A DNA stretch of 64,000 bases from Tubulanus polymorphus (lineage: Eukaryota; Animalia; Nemertea): positions 18,560,210-18,624,209 of the forward strand of contig NC_134030.1 in the NCBI RefSeq assembly GCF_964204645.1. The letters run 5' to 3'. The notes beneath the pieces were generated by a model, which saw only the letters and a program-made list of their open reading frames with translations, was not told the origin of the DNA and did not search any database. Numbering within the stretch: the first letter of the stretch is position 1; each line of letters opens with the position of its first letter. Below, piece by piece: positions 62,159 to 64,000 of this stretch. The translations under genes were made by a program, and so were the position numbers.

Positions 62159-62689
62159 GGTATAATCTTAATTCACTGGTCGTAAAGCGTCAACTGCCGA
62201 ACCCGACCAAAGGGAGCCCAGCCTGGCTTCCTCTCAAGACTAACCTCATACGGTGTTAGCCCGCTACAGGTCGGAATCTTACGTTACGCTTATGTTAGGC
62301 TCATGCGAAGGCTGCGGCTAGATTTCAGCCCGGTCTCGTTTCATAAATCATAATCGAATTACGCGAACATCCGACCGAATTTTTAAGATATCTGCCGCGA
62401 GCAGCCAGTCGTCTTAATCGAGCCGTCAAAAAGTTTCGCGGTCGTCGAAGCGTGAAAATCCCGGGGACGAACGGCCGTGATTGATGACATTCGAGCCGAG
62501 AGTCTGAAAGAAAAACGTTTAGACGCGAGAGCGTGAGGAATCAATCAATCTATTCACCGACTCTTAGACCTGATTTAATCTAGACCGGTTTCAACTGGCA
62601 CCGAGCGGTTAACGCCACTATTACGAGTCGCTATGATTTACTCCGTGGGTGTAAGTTACTACTAGTCTTTGAGCTACGATACCGGGCCC

Positions 62690-62995
62690 GGCAGGGTTCA
62701 ATTCAAAACCGGTCTACAAAACAAGCCACATAAGGGTTTAAGTTAAAACTGGTACATAAAACCAGCCCCTGCAGGGTTTAAGTTAAAACTGGTACATAAA
62801 ACCAGCCCCTGCAGGGTTTAAGTTAAAACTGGTGCATAAAACCAGCCCCTGCAGGGTTTAAGTTAAAACTGGTGCATAAAACCAGCCCCGGCGGGGTTCA
62901 AAGTTAAAACTGGTACATAAAACTGGCCGCTGAAGGGTTCCAGCTAAACTTAGTTCGTAAAACCAGCCACAGCAGGCTTTAAGTTAAACAGGTTT
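62690..62995. repeat. 40-bp AAAACCAGCCCCTGCAGGG minisatellite, second array
   Basis: Same unit as 18565-19030. Confidence 0.9.
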
Positions 62996-63626
62996 AGCTT
63001 TGACCCGATGGACTGATTGATTTCATTTCAATTGAGTCAACCCATACAAAAGTCAATAACAATCTATAAAACCGAACGCTAGGGCTTGAAGTAGGCCTAA
63101 AAGGTGGCGCGCGCCTTACGATCTTAACCAACACTGCGGTTAAAGTCAAAAGATCAGCAAAAAAACAAAAACACAAAACAAGACGGACTTCCTTCTCGGC
63201 CCCAACGAGCGCGATTATACGAGCGATATCGAAATTGATACCATCCCGGTTATTTTTCGGGGGAAATCTTCAGACACCGGGGGGGGGGGGGGGTTAGCGT
63301 CAACGATCTTTTCATAACAGCATCGGTCGCGCGCGCAATCAATCGACACCGGGAGTAACCCGAACCGGATCGCGATGAGGTGTTTGTTCTTCTCGTTTGT
63401 CATGTCGAGTCGAGTCGTCCCTCTCTGCAAAAATATCCCGATATATGATATACGCAGGTTTAGCTTTAATCCCCCTCCTTGTCGTGTGTTGTTGTCGTAC
63501 TTCGCGACAAAGATCTCCATTCAGAGCTCGCGATGAATTTTTCGTGCCCATTTTTGTCATCGAACGCGAAAGTCGATGAAAGCCTTAGCGGCTTAAGACA
63601 TCCATTCTGCTTGGACTGGTTTTTAG

Positions 63627-64000
63627 TTAAAACCATTAGCGCTCAAGCCGCCCGTATCCTCCCTGCCTATTACTCCTCAAGCCGCCCGAATCCGCCCCAA
63701 TACTTATTTCGTATGCTGCACGTAAACGGCTAAAGTGGGATTCGAACCCAATAGCTTATGATTAACCACACACCTAAGTCCTCGAAATATCGAACAGAAA
63801 TCAACATCTTTCCATTTCAATTTCTAGAGTATTTCGAGTTTGAACATGACACAACTGAGCGCACTTCAAATCCAAATAATTTTGGATGAATTTTGGGGAC
63901 CAAAAGGACACGATTTTGGTGGCCGACCTCATCAAATCTTACATCGAATAAAAGCCTAGACTATTTACTACAAAATAACACTAACTTGTAATGCATGGAA
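63627..64000 (+). mobile_element. piggyBac-type MITE family B, runs off the window end
   Basis: Colinear with 52733-53110. Confidence 0.8.

Overview
This is repeat-rich eukaryotic (invertebrate-type) genomic DNA, not prokaryotic. Nearly all ORFs in the supplied track are artefacts of tandem repeats or transposon fragments. One real protein-coding gene crosses the window on the minus strand: the 5' part of a rolling pebbles (rols)/TANC-family gene with an N-terminal C3HC4 RING. Five GT-AG exons join in one open frame (47504-47318, 32193-31993, 30283-30101, 3158-2502, 1121-888), every intron is phase 1, and the gene continues past base 1. The introns (15 kb, 1.7 kb, 27 kb, 1.4 kb) and upstream region contain about 20 copies of a ~290-bp piggyBac-type MITE (TTAA target, 19-bp palindromes), a second piggyBac-type family, Harbinger-like and hAT-like MITEs, two decayed LINE 3' ends, Penelope-type minimal hammerhead ribozyme motifs and many minisatellites. 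The most coherent higher-order pattern is that at least five minisatellite families can be traced by eye to the ends or cores of MITEs in the same window. Some amplified units resemble protein-binding sites (piggyBac transposase palindromes, CTCF-like motifs, Pol III A/B boxes). Family assignments are from recalled motifs, not database searches, and repeat boundaries are approximate.
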